This document shows, piece by piece, positions 1 to 14,597 of a stretch of 64,000 bases of DNA. Location: NCBI GenBank assembly GCA_951406725.2, contig OX597831.1, positions 32,488,001 through 32,552,000 on the forward strand, given 5' to 3'. The position numbers were made by a program, and so were the translations under genes. Position 1 is the first letter of the stretch; each line of letters starts with the position of its first letter. This stretch comes from Octopus vulgaris. Its lineage: Eukaryota. The notes beneath the pieces are model-generated. The model was not told where the DNA came from and ran no database searches. It worked only from the letters and a program-made list of their open reading frames with translations.

Positions 1-372
1 ACCACTTTGACTCCTTTTTCATTCAGATGGGCCCTCCTAACCATTCAATATTTAAAAAACTCTGTTTTCATAATTAGATGTTAGGAATTTCATCAGAAAA
101 TTGTCAAAATATTTTGTGTAGAAATGTAACCAATTTATTGCAGATACATGTTAACCATAAGATCTTAAATGGAACCCCAAAGGATCACGTGGACCCTGGT
201 TGAGAACTACTCATCTGTAGTTTCGAGCAAGGTAGAACACATTTGATGGTGTAGTCCTAGGTACACAAGATCTGAAAACAAGAAAGGATGGTCGTGCCTG
301 GAACGCCTCTGATCATAGGCTTCTTCAATCAGGGTTGAATTGGGGACCACCACCACCATCACCACCACCACC

Positions 373-411
<39 letters not shown>

Positions 412-1561
412 GCTACTACTGCTGCTGCCCCTCCTCCTCCTCCTCCTCCTACTACTACTACTGCTACTGCTACTGCTGCTACTGCTAGAGAGAGAAAACC
501 ATTCACTGGTAGCAGCAGAAGCACCCCATCACCACAATTGTCACTGTCGCCACCTCCACCACCTTCTCAGTAACTGCTATCATCAACACCTCCCTCTAAC
601 CTCCCCCATTAACTAGAGCATCACTATGTACCCCCTCCTTCCTTCTGCCATTTCATTCACCTCCTTCTCCCCCTTGCTACACACATTAACTAGGTAATTG
701 ACAATGTGTGAACTTTCACTTTTTCTCACACACACACACACACACACACACATACCTTTTATCTTTTACTTGTTTTGGTTTTTAGGCTGCGGCCATGCTG
801 GGGCACCACCTTGAAAATTTTCTTTCACTCAAATGAATTGACACCTGGTACTTATTCTATCAGGCTCTTTTGCTGAACTGCTAAGTCAGAAGGACCCAAG
901 CACACCAATATTGGTTGTCGAGTAGTGGTTGCGGACAGACACACACATGTATATACACGATGGGCTTCTTTCAGTTTCCTTCTACCAAATGCATTCACAA
1001 AGCTTTGATCAGCCCAGGGCTATAGTAGAAGACATTTGCCTGAGGTGCCATGCAGTGGGACTGAACTTGGAACCATGTGATTGGGAAGCAAATATATTTG
1101 TGTGTGTGTGTGTATGTGTGTATAAATGTGTTTGCTTGTAGGCGTAGGCATGGCTGTGTGGAAAGAAGCTTGCTTTCCAACTACATACTTCAGAGTTCAG
1201 TCCCACCGTGTGGCGCTTTGGGCAAGTGTCTTCTACTTTAGCTCAGGCTGACCAAAGGCTGACCAAAGCCTTGTGAGTGGATTTGGTAGATGGAAACTGA
1301 AAGAAACCTGTCGTATATATATATATATATTATATATATATATATGTGTGTGTGTATGTTTGCGTGTCTTTGTTTGTTTCCCCACCATCGCTTGACAACC
1401 AATGTTGGTGTGTTTACGTCCCTATAACTTAGCAGTTCAGCAAAAGAGACTGATAGAATAAGTACTAGACTTACAAAGAATATGTCCTATGGTTGATTTT
1501 TTCGACTAAAGGCTGATTCAGTCATATGGCTGAATCAAGTAAAAGAATAAAAGAATTTATA

Positions 1562-1960
1562 CAGGAGTGGCTGTGTGGTAAGTAGCTTGTTTACCAACCA
1601 CATGGTTCCGGGTTCAGTCCCACTGCATGGCACCTTGGGCAAGTGTCTTCTACTATAGCCTCGGACCGACCAAAGCCTTGTGAGTGGATTTGGTAGACGG
1701 AAACTGGAAGAAGCCTGTCGTATATATGTATATATATATATGTATGTGTGTATATGTTTGTGTGTCTGTGTTTGTCCCCCCTAACATCGCTTGACAACCG
1801 ATGCTGGTGTGTTTACGTCCCTGTGACTTAGCGGTTCGGCAAAAGAGACCAATAGAATAAGTACTAGGCTTACAAAGAATAAGTCCTGGGGTCGATTTGC
1901 TCGACTAAAGGTGGTGCTCCAGCATGGCCACAGTCAAATGACTGAAACAAGTAAAAGAGA
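1562..1960 (+). mobile_element. tRNA-derived SINE family A (representative copy)
   Basis: Head with A-box TGGCTGTGTGG and B-box-like GGTTCAGTCCC, then caccttgggcaag and an internal (TA)/(TG) microsatellite. Other copies at about 770-1095(-), 1143-1555(+), 3340-3730(+), 5610-6000(+), 10680-11120(+), 17665-18012(-), 32700-33090(-), 48310-48670(-), 52510-52670(-), 53440-53600(+), 55871-56250(+), 62070-62270(-), 62800-62941(-). Confidence 0.9.
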
Positions 1961-2617
1961 AAAGAGAGAAAGAGAAAGATATATACATACATGCATACAT
2001 GATGGCCGTCCACTTGTGACTGAGTAAAACCATTACTGACCCTTAGAAACACTGTGCGCTAAAGACCATCTTCTACTTTACACTTGCAGCTCCATACATA
2101 CATACATATATATGTTTATATATACATAATTCGTCTAAAAATCCATAAGTCAGGAAAAAATACATTTCCATATCTGTCAATGGAGTGGGTATATTATCCG
2201 AAGTGTACAGCATCATACATCCAACACGGCTGATCTTACTGATTGGTTTTGTGCTAGGGGCACAAAGATTTTTTTCATTCCATATCAGCTACCTCTGATG
2301 AGCGTAGGGTTATATAATCGGATTGTTACCTAACACTCCATCGTACCTTTGGTACAAAACCAATTGATAAGATAGGCTGTGATGAATACATAAGACTGTA
2401 CACTTCAGATTATATATATATATATACTTTATTTAAAAGCAGCAGAAATATAACAAAAGTTGTTACTCAGAGTTTCACGTTCCTGTTCATCGGGCAGTTT
2501 CTGCTGCTTTTAAATAAAGCATATTACTCTACTGCTGGTATTTGAGTACTCTTTTTTCCACCTCGTTTCACATTTATGTGCTTACTCCAGTATATATATA
2601 TATATATACATATATAT

Positions 2618-2654
<37 letters not shown>

Positions 2655-3814
2655 CAGAAACCTATTTTTACGAGACACAACTTGAAAGAGAGTCGACATG
2701 CTATATCTACCATATTCTGTCCCACATTTGTTAAATGGCTGTGATTTTTAATGTTGTACTTGCTGGTTGAAATGCCAGGTGTCATTCCTCACACACATAC
2801 ACACACACACACACACACAGAAGTATATGTGAGTGCATATACACACATATATGTGTGTATGTGTAAGAGCATCATCATCATCATCATCATTTTACACCCA
2901 GTGGTGGTGGTGAAGGAATCCCGGCTTGTAAAGGTTTGTGGGTGGGTGAAGGGGAAGATCTTTCCCAACGCAGCATCTTGTCTCATCACTTGTTGCTTGC
3001 GGCCCATGTCCGCGTCCTTGGCTGTTCCTTTCTCAAGGTTGCCTTTCATTAAACCAACTTGTATTACAGCTTCCTAAGTTTTCATACAACTCTCTCTCTC
3101 TCACCTTTTCTCCCTCCCTCACCCCTCTCTCTCTTTTTCTCTGGGCCTCCCACCCTCCCTCTCTCTTGTACTCAACACCTGAGTGTCTCTTAGACCCTGC
3201 TTTTTTTTTCTTAACATGTTTCTGCAACTTTTTCATGCAACAATGTGTGTTTGTGTGTGTGCATGTGTGCATGCGTACATAGTTATATATGTGTGTATGT
3301 GTGTGAGTTGGTGCATATATGCTATCATAGGCGTATCATAGGCATAGGAGTGGCTGTGTGGTAAGTAGCTTGCTTATCGACCACATGGTTCAGGGTTCAG
3401 TCCCACTACGTGGCACCTTGGGCAAATGTCTTCTACTATAGCCTCGGGCCGACCAATGCCTTGTGAGTGGATTTGGCAGATGGAAACTGAAAGAAGCCCA
3501 TCGTATATATGTATATATATGTATGTGTTTGTGTGTCTGTGTTTGTCCTCCCAACATCGCTTGACAACCGATGCTGGTGTGTTTACGTCCCCGTGACTTA
3601 GCGGTTCGGCAAAAGTGACCGATAGAATAAGTACTAGGCTTGCAAAGAATAAGTCCTGGGGTCGATTTTCTCGCCTAAATGTGGTGCTCCAGCATGGCCA
3701 CAGTCAAATGACTGATGCAAGTAAAAGAGTATATGCTGTATATAAATATACACCCATGATAGCATGAATAATGGATGTTAACAATGATGATGATAATCTC
3801 TCTCTCTCTCTCTC

Positions 3815-3864
<50 letters not shown>

Positions 3865-4230
3865 TTTACTTATGCATATACACATAGATCCATATAGGCT
3901 ACTATAAAGAGAGAGAGAGAGAGAGCTACACACAACCATATTTACCACCAAAACAAAGCATTGACTTTGTGCAATTGTACTAAAACAGCAGCAGGACCAG
4001 CAGTCACAACTCCACCTACAGCTACCACCACCACTACCACCACCACCACCACCACCACCACTACCACCACCACAACTACTACTACTACTACTACTACTAC
4101 TGTCACCATCACAACTGCCACCCTCTCCTTTAGTGTGTTCCAGACTTCAGTCAGTCAAGCTGAGCCTGTGTTGCAAGGCTCTTCATTTTCCTGGTTGTTC
4201 ACTTTAGCCAGACACCAGTCTCAACTTTTT

Positions 4231-4323
<93 letters not shown>

Positions 4324-4533
4324 ACTCTATCTCTCTATCTGTTGGTCTGTCTGTCTAATCCGGCTGCTTACCTCAATATGCATTCAATGATAGAAAAAGC
4401 ACAAGACCCCTACACTTCAATCTTCGATGTTAGACTGTAAGTATGTCCTTGTTGTTCAGAAATGTATACATCCATCTATTTATATATCCATTCACACATA
4501 TATATGTCAACCATCTCTCGCATAAATGTATAA

Positions 4534-4783
<250 letters not shown>

Positions 4784-4897
4784 GATAGAGGTTTTCGAAA
4801 AAAATTCTATCAATGGCCAGCATATTAAAAAGTACCTTTAAAGGTTGAATTTATAAACAATTTATAAGTAAGGGGAAAAGAAATTTTTTTCTTTTGC

Positions 4898-4948
<51 letters not shown>

Positions 4949-4997
4949 TGTGTCTGGGTGTGTTTCTTTGTGTGTGTGTGTGTTAGTGTTTTATCCT

Positions 4998-5038
<41 letters not shown>

Positions 5039-5081
5039 TTATCTATCTATGTGTATAAATCTCTATCTATCTATCTATCTA

Positions 5082-5121
<40 letters not shown>

Positions 5122-5169
5122 AGAGTGACCACCATGTGGTCTACTCTAGCACTAAAAATAGATCCGTTG

Positions 5170-5221
<52 letters not shown>

Positions 5222-5462
5222 CACACTTTATTAAAAAGCAGCAGAAATATCATAAAAACTGTTGCTCAGAGTTACACGATCCCGTTCGTTGGACAAAAAC
5301 TGTCCGACAAGGAGTGTGAAACTCTGAGTAACAGTTTTTAAAAAATATTTCTGCTTTTTAATGCTTTTTAATAAAACATATTATTCTACCTCTGGTATTC
5401 GAGTACTATTTTTTCCACCTTGTTTCTCATTTATGTGCTAACTCTGGTATACACACACACAC

Positions 5463-5570
<108 letters not shown>

Positions 5571-5759
5571 TATATATACACACCGCATAAATTATATATA
5601 TAATATATATGAAGCTTGCTTCCCAACCACATGGTTCTGGGTTCAGTCTCACTATGCATGGCACCTTGGGCAAGTGTCTTCTACTATAGCCTTCGGCTGA
5701 CCAAAGCCATGTGAGTGGATTTGGTAGGTGGAAACTGAGAAAAGCCTGTTGTATATATA

Positions 5760-5798
<39 letters not shown>

Positions 5799-6526
5799 TT
5801 GTGTGTTTGTGTTTGTCCCACCCCCACCATCGCTTGACAACCGATGTTGGTGTGTTTATGTCCCCATAACTTAGCAATTCAGCAAAAGAGTTCCGAAAAA
5901 ATAAGTACTAAGCTTAGAAAGAATAAGTCCTGGGGTCGATTTGGTCGACTAAAGGCAGTGCTCCAGCATGGCTGCAATCAAATGACTAAAACAATTAAAA
6001 AGGAAAGGAATATATATATATATATATATACAAACATACATATATACATACACACACATGTGGGTGTATTATGTATGTGAATATGTGTTGTATGCTATTT
6101 TTATGTTGTGTATATTGAACTTTGTGATTTTTCCTGTTGTTAATATTGCCTTATCACCATAGCAGTTAATGATGTTGATAACGGTGATAATGATGATGCT
6201 GGTGATGTTAGTGGTGATGGTAGTACTGATAGTGGTGATAATAGTGGCTGTGGTAATGATGAGGGTGGTGGTAGTAGTGGTGGTACTGGTGATGATGATG
6301 ACAATGATGGTGGTGTTGGTAGGGCTGATGATGATGATGATAATGATTATGCTCCGTCAAGCATGATAGAATTCATCACTGAAAAGACTAAATGATGTTG
6401 AAACACCAGTGTCTGACAAGATTGTGTTTTTGAAGACTCAAGTTTCTTTTAGTAATCTCAGTGAGGTAAAATATTAACAAATACTGCTTCCTATATTTGT
6501 GTAGAATGGCACTAATTGTTAATTAT

Positions 6527-7330
6527 TAGGCTGGGCAAAGTTCAGAGAGCTCCTACCCCTGTTGGCAACAAAGGGCCTCTCTCTCAGAGTGAGAGACAAA
6601 TTTATTGATGCCTCTGTATGAACTCTATGCTGCATGGCAGTGAAACATGGGCTATAGCAGCCAAGGACATGCATAGATTTGAGAGAATTGAAGCCAGTAT
6701 GCTTTGCTGGATGTGCAATGTCAGTGTGCATGTTCGACACAGTGTAAGCATCTTGAGAGAAAAGTTAGGCATAAGAGGCATCAGATGTGGTATGCAAGAG
6801 AAACGACTGTGCTGGTATCGTCATGTGATGTGTATGGCCGAGGACAGTTGTGTAAAGAAGTGCAGATCTCTAACTGTGGAGCAAACCTGTTGTAGTGGTA
6901 GACCCAGCAAGACATGGGATGAGGTGGTAAAGCTTGACCATTGAACTTTGAACCTCACAGAGGCAATGACTAGTGACCGAGACCTTAAGCAATGTGCTCT
7001 GCTTAAGAGGACCTGTCAAGCCAAGAGCACCTGTGCTGATGGCACGTAAAAAAAATCGACCTCTGAATGTTGGGTCTCGTACCTTTTGAGCATTGGGCCT
7101 GACGGAGGCAAACTAGCTTAGTTCCTTTTGAGCGTTGGGCCACATGGAGGTAAAGTGGTTGAGTTCTTTTCAAGTGTTGGGCCTCACGGAGGCGAGGTGG
7201 CTAAGTTCCTTTTGAGCGTTGGGCCTCATGGAGGCAAAGTGGCCAAGTCAAACCGTCCAGCTCAGTCCAACCCAGTCAAACAGTCCAACTCATGCCAGCA
7301 TGGACAACGGATGTTAAATGATGATGATAT
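6527..7330 (+). mobile_element. RTE LINE 3' fragment with a 39-bp tandem repeat in its tail
   Basis: MLHGSETW...RLCWYRHV...GRPSKTW; about 4 tandem units (ttttgagcgttgggcc...ggaggc) at 7085-7245; (GAT)n tail. Confidence 0.85.
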
Positions 7331-7516
7331 GTGTATACACACACACACACCACGCACACACACACACACACACACATATGTATACTCACACATACGTGTG
7401 TATATATATATACCGGAGTAAACACATAAATGTGAAACAAGGTGGAAAAAAGAGTACTCAAATACCAGTGGTAGAGTAATATGCTTTATTTAAAGCAGCA
7501 GAAAATTCAACAAAAC

Positions 7517-7554
7517 CTGTTACTCTGAGTTTCACGTTCCCGTTCGTCAGACAG
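7517..7554 (-). ncRNA. Minimal type I hammerhead ribozyme motif (identical inverted copy)
   Basis: Exact reverse complement of 7574-7611, within the 73-bp inverted repeat 7484-7556/7572-7644. Confidence 0.8.
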
Positions 7555-7573
7555 TTAGAATTTCTAGCAAAAA

Positions 7574-7611
7574 CTGTCTGACGAACGGGAACGTGAAACT
7601 CAGAGTAACAG
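7574..7611 (+). ncRNA. Minimal type I hammerhead ribozyme motif
   Basis: Stem I CUGU/ACAG; core CUGACGA (7578-7584); stem II ACG-GGAA-CGU; GAAA (7595-7598); near-palindromic stem III ACUC-A-GAGU; GUA triplet at 7605-7607. Confidence 0.8.
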
Positions 7612-7643
7612 GTTTTGTTGAATTTTCTGCTGCTTTAAATAAA

Positions 7644-7682
<39 letters not shown>

Positions 7683-8488
7683 CATACACACATGCGTGCA
7701 TACACACTCATATTATTTATACACAAATTCTTGTATAGAGAACGAAGCAGAGAGCGATAGAGGGCGAGATATAATGTATCGAGAGTGAGTTTGTGTAGGT
7801 AGAGATGTTTGAAATAGTTTTCTAAAGTACCATCACAGCCACGGCTACCATCACCATCATCGCTGCCGCCACCGCCATCACCGACACTACCACCACCACC
7901 ACCACCACCTGGTCTGTGAACATGAAATTACCCAGGTAACATGTGTTGAAGCCTGAAACGCCCCAACCAGTTGTAACTGGGGTGCGAGAAACGAGACAAG
8001 TATTTCTTCTTGTTGCTTGCATTATTGATTGGGGTGAAGTGGAGGAGGAGTAGGAGGAGGATGAGGAAGAGGAAGGGATATGCCCGTAGCTTTCTCATAG
8101 AACCTATGTGTGAAATGTGAAGCGGTAGGGGGAGCTTGGAGTGGGATGGTAGGGTGGCCAATGAGCTTAGGATAAGAATGGACTGGTAATAATTGGGTGA
8201 CATTTGATGGGGTGGCAGGGCTGGGAATTTTCTTTCTTTTTGGATGTTTTTGATGGGACACAGTCTGTGTGTGTGTTTGGTGTTTGTGTGTGTGTATTCA
8301 CACTCATTTACTACTTACAGACATTCACACTCTAGTTGTGAATAGGTTCACTGAGTATTATGTATAATAATAATGAAATTATTGTGTATAGTGCTCAGGT
8401 ACACTACAACACATCATGTGTATATATATATATATTTATATATATCAAATGGATGTCTTATACACATATATATCTATATGTGTGTATG

Positions 8489-8532
<44 letters not shown>

Positions 8533-8541
8533 GTATGTGTG

Positions 8542-8573
<32 letters not shown>

Positions 8574-8611
8574 TATATGTATATATATATATATGTATAT
8601 ATGTATGTATA

Positions 8612-9795
8612 TATCAAACCAAAGTCCTAATAAGTAGGAAGGTAGACAAATCTCAAACGCCTTCAGGTAGATGGCCCTGCTCGATCTGTAGAAAAGGCGT
8701 AGGTAGGAACTCTATAAGATGCACCAAGTGTAAGCTATAGACACATAAGAGGTGCAGCAATGTCAAAGGAAGGCTAACTAGGAAGATAGTTTTTGTATGT
8801 GGCAGGTGCTCTGGTTCAATAAACACTGAAAATGCGCAGAGACCATCTTCCGCCACATTCCAGGGAGAAAATCTTGAAATAGTTGATAGCTTCCATTACC
8901 TAGGTGACCAAGTCAGTAGCGGGGGTGGGTGTGCCGAAAGTGTGACTGCTAGAGTAAGAATAGCCTGGGCAAAGTTCAGAGAGCTCTTACCTCTGCTGGT
9001 GACAAAAGGCCTTTCGCTCAGAGTAAAAGGCAGACTGTATGACGCATGTGTGCGAACAGCCATGCTACATGGCAGTGAAACATGGGCCGTGACTGCTGAG
9101 GATATGCATAAGCTTATCAAGAAATGAAGCCAGTATGCTCCGTTGGATGTGTAATGTCAGTGTTCATAATCGACAGAGTGTAAGTGCCTTGAGAGAAAAG
9201 TTGGACCTAAGAAGCATCAGATGTGGTGTGCAAGAGAGGCGTCTACACTGGTATGGACACGTAGTAAGAATGGATGAAGATAGTTGTGTGAAAAAGTGCC
9301 ACATCCTAGCGGTTGAAGGAACCTGTGGAAGAGGTAGACCCAGGAAAACCTGGGACGCGGTGGTGAAGAACGACCTTCGCGCTTTAGGTCTCACCGAGGA
9401 AATGACCAGAGACCGAGACCTTTGGAAGTATGCTGTGCGCGAGAAGACCCGGCAGGACAAGTGAGGCCATAACCCATGGCCCCTACCTGGGACGTAGTCA
9501 GTCCACCTGTGCATACCTTCCTTCTTGGGACACATAACTCTACTTGTGAAGACCTGTTGAGGCAAGTGAAAATCAAATCAAATCAAAATCAATGAACATC
9601 AATGGAATTTGTAGTTTTGTGGTACCAGTGCCGGTGGCACATAAGAAAACCATCCGAACGTGGCCGTAGCCAGTACCGCATCGACTGGCCTCTGTGCTGG
9701 TGGCACGTAATAAAACACCATCCGAGCGTAACCGTTTGCCAGCCTCGTCTGTCACCTGTGTCAGTGGCACATAAAAAGCACCCACTACACTCACG
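8612..9795 (+). pseudogene. 5'-truncated RTE-clade LINE (C-terminal ORF remnant plus 3' UTR)
   Basis: [64 protein letters not shown], with in-frame stops and a frameshift. Confidence 0.9.
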
Positions 9796-10623
9796 GGGTG
9801 GCGTGATTTGAAGGCTAAAAGACAATGCAAAGCACATTGTGACCAGCGATGTGTAACAACATCTGATGGCCTGGTTGGTCACGGTGATATATATATATAT
9901 ATATATGTGTGTGTGTACATATGTATGTATACACACACACACTCATATTTCTTTTTTATATCAGGTTTGCACGATCCTTTATGTGAATTTGTATGTTGAA
10001 ACCAGTTTTGTTGTGTCTGGGGAGAGTCGTACTGCTTTATTATCAAACACACACACATTGGTTCAATTTCCACTCATTTATTATTTATATCTTTCCATGT
10101 GCAAAATTTTCATTGCTTTTGCAACTTTGTCAATGGATGTTGTGTATATATATATATATATACAGTAATATACATCTGGAAGATCCTGGAAGGGATTGTT
10201 GTGTGTGTATATATATATATAGGGAAGAACAAGAATGTCATCTTTCTGCATGCCAATAAATCAGAAATTACATCCATTTATTCTCCTTGTTTTTCCCTCC
10301 ATATTGATATTTTCAATAATCCTTAACATATACAAATGACTTTACCATTATATGATAGGGATTGAACCAGTGGAATACCTTGGATTATATAATACCTCAT
10401 GAGGACTTCACTTGTTCAAATTAACTATATATAGGGAGGATTCATGAGAAAACAAATAACGAAGACAGGTGGTGTAGACAACAAACAGATGTATTAGTTT
10501 AATGCTCAGGAAGTGAAAAAGTCTTTAATGTTTCGAGCCTAAGCTCTTCTACAGAGAGAAACAGGGAGACAAAATAAAGAATATGTAGTGGCTAGCGATC
10601 TATCATGGCAAATATATATGTAT

Positions 10624-10682
<59 letters not shown>

Positions 10683-10869
10683 TGCAGGAGTGGCTGTGTG
10701 GTAAGTAGCTTGTTTACCAACCACATGGTTCTTGGTTCATTTCCACTGCATGGCACCTTGGGTAATTGTCTTCTACTATAGCCTCGGGCCAACCAAAGCC
10801 TTGTAAGTGGATTTTGTAGACCTGATCTACTCAAAAGGCTTTGGTAGACAGAAACTGAAAGAAGGCCGT

Positions 10870-10916
<47 letters not shown>

Positions 10917-11707
10917 GTGTGTGTGTATATGTTTGTCCTCCCCACCATCACTTGACAACTGATGTTGGTGTGTTTACGTCCCCATAACTTAGCGGTTCGG
11001 CAAAAGAGGCCAATAGAATATGTACTAGGCTTACAAAGGATAAGTTGTGGGGTTGATTTGCTCGACTAAAGGCGGTGCTCCAGCATGACCACAGTCAAAT
11101 GACTGAAACAAAATAAAAGAATATATATATATATATATATGCACATACGCATGAACACACATATTTATAAAAATATGTGTATGTGTAAATTGGTTTATAC
11201 ATATCATGTATGTTTTTTGATGGCTAAGTCATGTGGTGCCATATGTTTCTACTTGTGAATGTGTTTGTGTGTGTGTCTTACTTTTTCATTGTCCTGCTAC
11301 GTCAATGTGAAATACTGTCACCTACTTTTCATGAATGACGATATATACACACACACACACACGCGCGCACACACATACACACACACACATATAGTGGTTA
11401 CTAAAGTTCCTTTTGGTTCTAAATTGCAAATAACCACCTTAATGATTTGTGTGTGTGTGTGTATATATATATTTTTTTTTTTTTTTTTTTTTTGTAATTG
11501 TTTCAGTCATTTGAATGCGGCCATGCTGGAGCACCGCCTTTAGAGTGGTGAAAGAGTACAGCAGGGATCACCACCATCCCCTGCCGGAGCCTCGTGGAGC
11601 TTTTAGGTGTTTTCGCTCAATAAACACACACAACGCCCGGTCTGGGAATCGAAACCGCGATCCTCCGACCGCAAGTCCGCTGCCCTAACCACTGGGCCAT
11701 TGCGCCT

Positions 11708-11752
<45 letters not shown>

Positions 11753-12581
11753 CATACATACATACAAGAGTTATGGAATGGAGTAGGAAAAATCCGGCGA
11801 GTGGAACCTCAGAAGTGATAAAATCTCCTTGTGACGATGTAGCCTTTAATCTAACCAAGATGTCCTTGGTCTGAAGAGTAGCTGGTAGAAACGTTAGCAC
11901 GCTGGGGGAAATGCTTAACGGTATTTCATCTGCCGCTACATCCTGAGTTCAAATTCCGGCGAGGTCGACCTTGCCTTTCATCCTTTCGGGGTCGATTAAA
12001 TAAGTACCAGTTACGCACTGGGGTTGATGTAATCGACTTAATCCGTTTGTCTGTCTTTGTTTGTCCTCTCTGTGTTTAGCCCCTTGTGGGTAGTAAAGAA
12101 ATAGGTATACATCTCACTTGGATTTTACTACCTCTGAGCTTCCATTCACTATGAAACATATGTAGCCTGGATTTTTCCTACTCCATTCTGTAATTCTTGT
12201 ATTCTTTTTCGCACACTCAGCAACCCTGGTCGCCGACTGTGGAATATAAAAAGAACTATTTTTTCAGCTCATCGTTCTTTGATAAAGAAAAGTAATCCAC
12301 AACCTTCCGTCCCAATAAATCACTGTTGTCCCTGAACGTTGTTTTTTATATTTACTACAGATTGCTTGAAGCTAACTTTCTTCCTACATTTTGATCCATA
12401 GATCTTACATCTATACACACACACACTGTTGGTTCATCATTATTTATATATTAGATAATAAATCATGTGGTTTATAGCTGGTAGCTTACTGGTAAAGCAC
12501 GTTAACGCCTTCTAGACTGTCAGCTCCCCTAATCCCAGGGAATGTCTTAAGGGGGCCTATGTTTTTAAGTGTTGCCTAATT

Positions 12582-12787
12582 GGGACTGGAAAGTTCCTGG
12601 CTTTGGGTGAAAGAAAATACAGAAGGATCAGTTAGGATTTGATTGAACATATTCCACTCTCAGATTCACACACTTATTGCAATGGTCCTTCAGTTTTTCT
12701 AAGCCCTGTAAAAGTATTGGGAAGGTTGGGCCTCCAACCAAGCCTTTCGCAGTACCCTTGAAGCCAGGAACTTTTCAGCATCCCTCA
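12582..12787. mobile_element. Mariner-derived MITE
   Basis: Imperfect TIRs ctggaaagttcctggctt / aagccaggaacttttcag; right end followed by TA. Confidence 0.55.
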
Positions 12788-13408
12788 TATATATGCAAAG
12801 ACACACTGTGTATTATAGATATTTATGTAATTATCATCATCATCATCATCATCATCCTATATCCATGTTCCATATATACTGAGAGAAATAGAGGGGTGAA
12901 ATAATAACTAGTGGTAGTGTTGTTGTTGTTGTTGTTGATGGTGGTGGTGGTGGTGGTGGCAGTGGTGTTGAATCTGGTGATTCTAAATAAGATTTTGTCT
13001 TGTGTCCTTTGCTGGAGACTTAATTAACGAGCTGGAGGAGGAGGAGGTTGTAGTGGTGGTGGTGGTGGGAGCATTAAAGAGACAACCACCATTGATTCCA
13101 CACGCTACCCTCCTCTCCTCAACAATCTCTTTTCTGTATGAGCGAGCCTTTCCCTGCCCTCATCTGAGGTAGATGGCACGAAAGGAGGGGCGGAAAGCAT
13201 TGACTTTTGTTGGCAGTGCTGCGTTGCTGGTGGTGGGGCGAGGAGAGGGGAAAGGAAGGAAACAATTTCGTGAGATGCTGTTGATGATGGTGCTGGTACT
13301 GCATCTGTTGGAAAATGTTGTCTAATGGGATCTCCATCCATCCATCTATCTGTCTGTCTGTCTGTCTGTCTCCATCCATCCATCCATCCATCCATCCATC
13401 CATCCATC

Positions 13409-13446
<38 letters not shown>

Positions 13447-13537
13447 TTTTCCATCCATCTGTCTGTCTGTCTAATTTTTGGTTGTTTGGTCTACCCATGT
13501 CTTTTTGTCTGTCTGTCTGTCAGTTTCTTTCTCCCCC

Positions 13538-13572
<35 letters not shown>

Positions 13573-13990
13573 CTATTACTTAATACTGATGTTAACCTTT
13601 AAAATTTAGGTGAATCACTTGAAAAACAAAACAGCAAAAACAATTTCATTGTGGATTGACTTTGAATATTTTGTTAGATTTGTAACTTTTGCTGTTGCTT
13701 CAGACTGTTATGGTTGTTGCTGTCATTGTTACTCGAATTATTGTTGCTTGTTCTAGATAGATACACATACATACATATGCAGTCACGCATGCACACACAC
13801 AATGGGCTTCCCACAGTTTCCATGTACCAAATCCCATCAAAGCATTAGTATTTTTCTTTTTTTTGTGTAATTTCCAAATATTAAAAGAGACTTGCGTTTG
13901 TATTTGGGCCCATTAAAGATCCATGATAACCCCTAATTTACACCAGGTGACCAGCTCCCTTTTCAGGATATGTATATGTGTGTGTGTGCG

Positions 13991-14025
<35 letters not shown>

Positions 14026-14356
14026 ATATATTTAAAAAAATATATACATTAGCAAATTATTTCGCCTAGCAAATTTTCTAAAAAAATTTAGAAATTTAGG
14101 TTTGGCTGGAATAAAATAACAAGGTAAAAGTTTTTTTATTTTTCATTCCCTTAGAAATTGCTCTTTAAATGTGGTTTTGGTCGTTTTGACTTCTTCTAGC
14201 AACTGCCTGTTGAAGGCAGTTTTCTCTTGTGTTTAAGTGTACACTATTTTATATTTGAGAATATGTTGTCTATTGACTTTTTATACATGCTAGGCCACTG
14301 GTAGTGAAATTTAAAAAAAAACTTACTACCCTATATATATTTTATGTATATATATA

Positions 14357-14423
<67 letters not shown>

Positions 14424-14597
14424 CACACTGGTCAATAAAAAAGTACCAGTTGAGTACTGGGGTTAAGGGGAAGGGGTCAGTGTAATTGACTTACCCCCAC
14501 CCCTAACATTGCTGGTATTGCACCAAAATTTGAAACCATTTATTATTGCTGTTTTTATTTTTGTTTTACAACAAAATTTGACTTTTCTGTTCTCTAG

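Noticed and set aside
60-100. Minus-strand CTGATGA...GAAAAC
   Set aside because: Stem II does not abut GAAA and there is no NUH or stem I/III pairing; not a hammerhead.
207-616. Poly-V/L/T/P ORFs in several frames
   Set aside because: Products of ACC/ACT/CCT trinucleotide repeats, with no convincing splice or start context.
7085-7245. Regularly spaced repeats that could suggest a CRISPR-like array
   Set aside because: These are tandem units without unique spacers, inside a LINE tail in eukaryotic DNA, with no cas genes.
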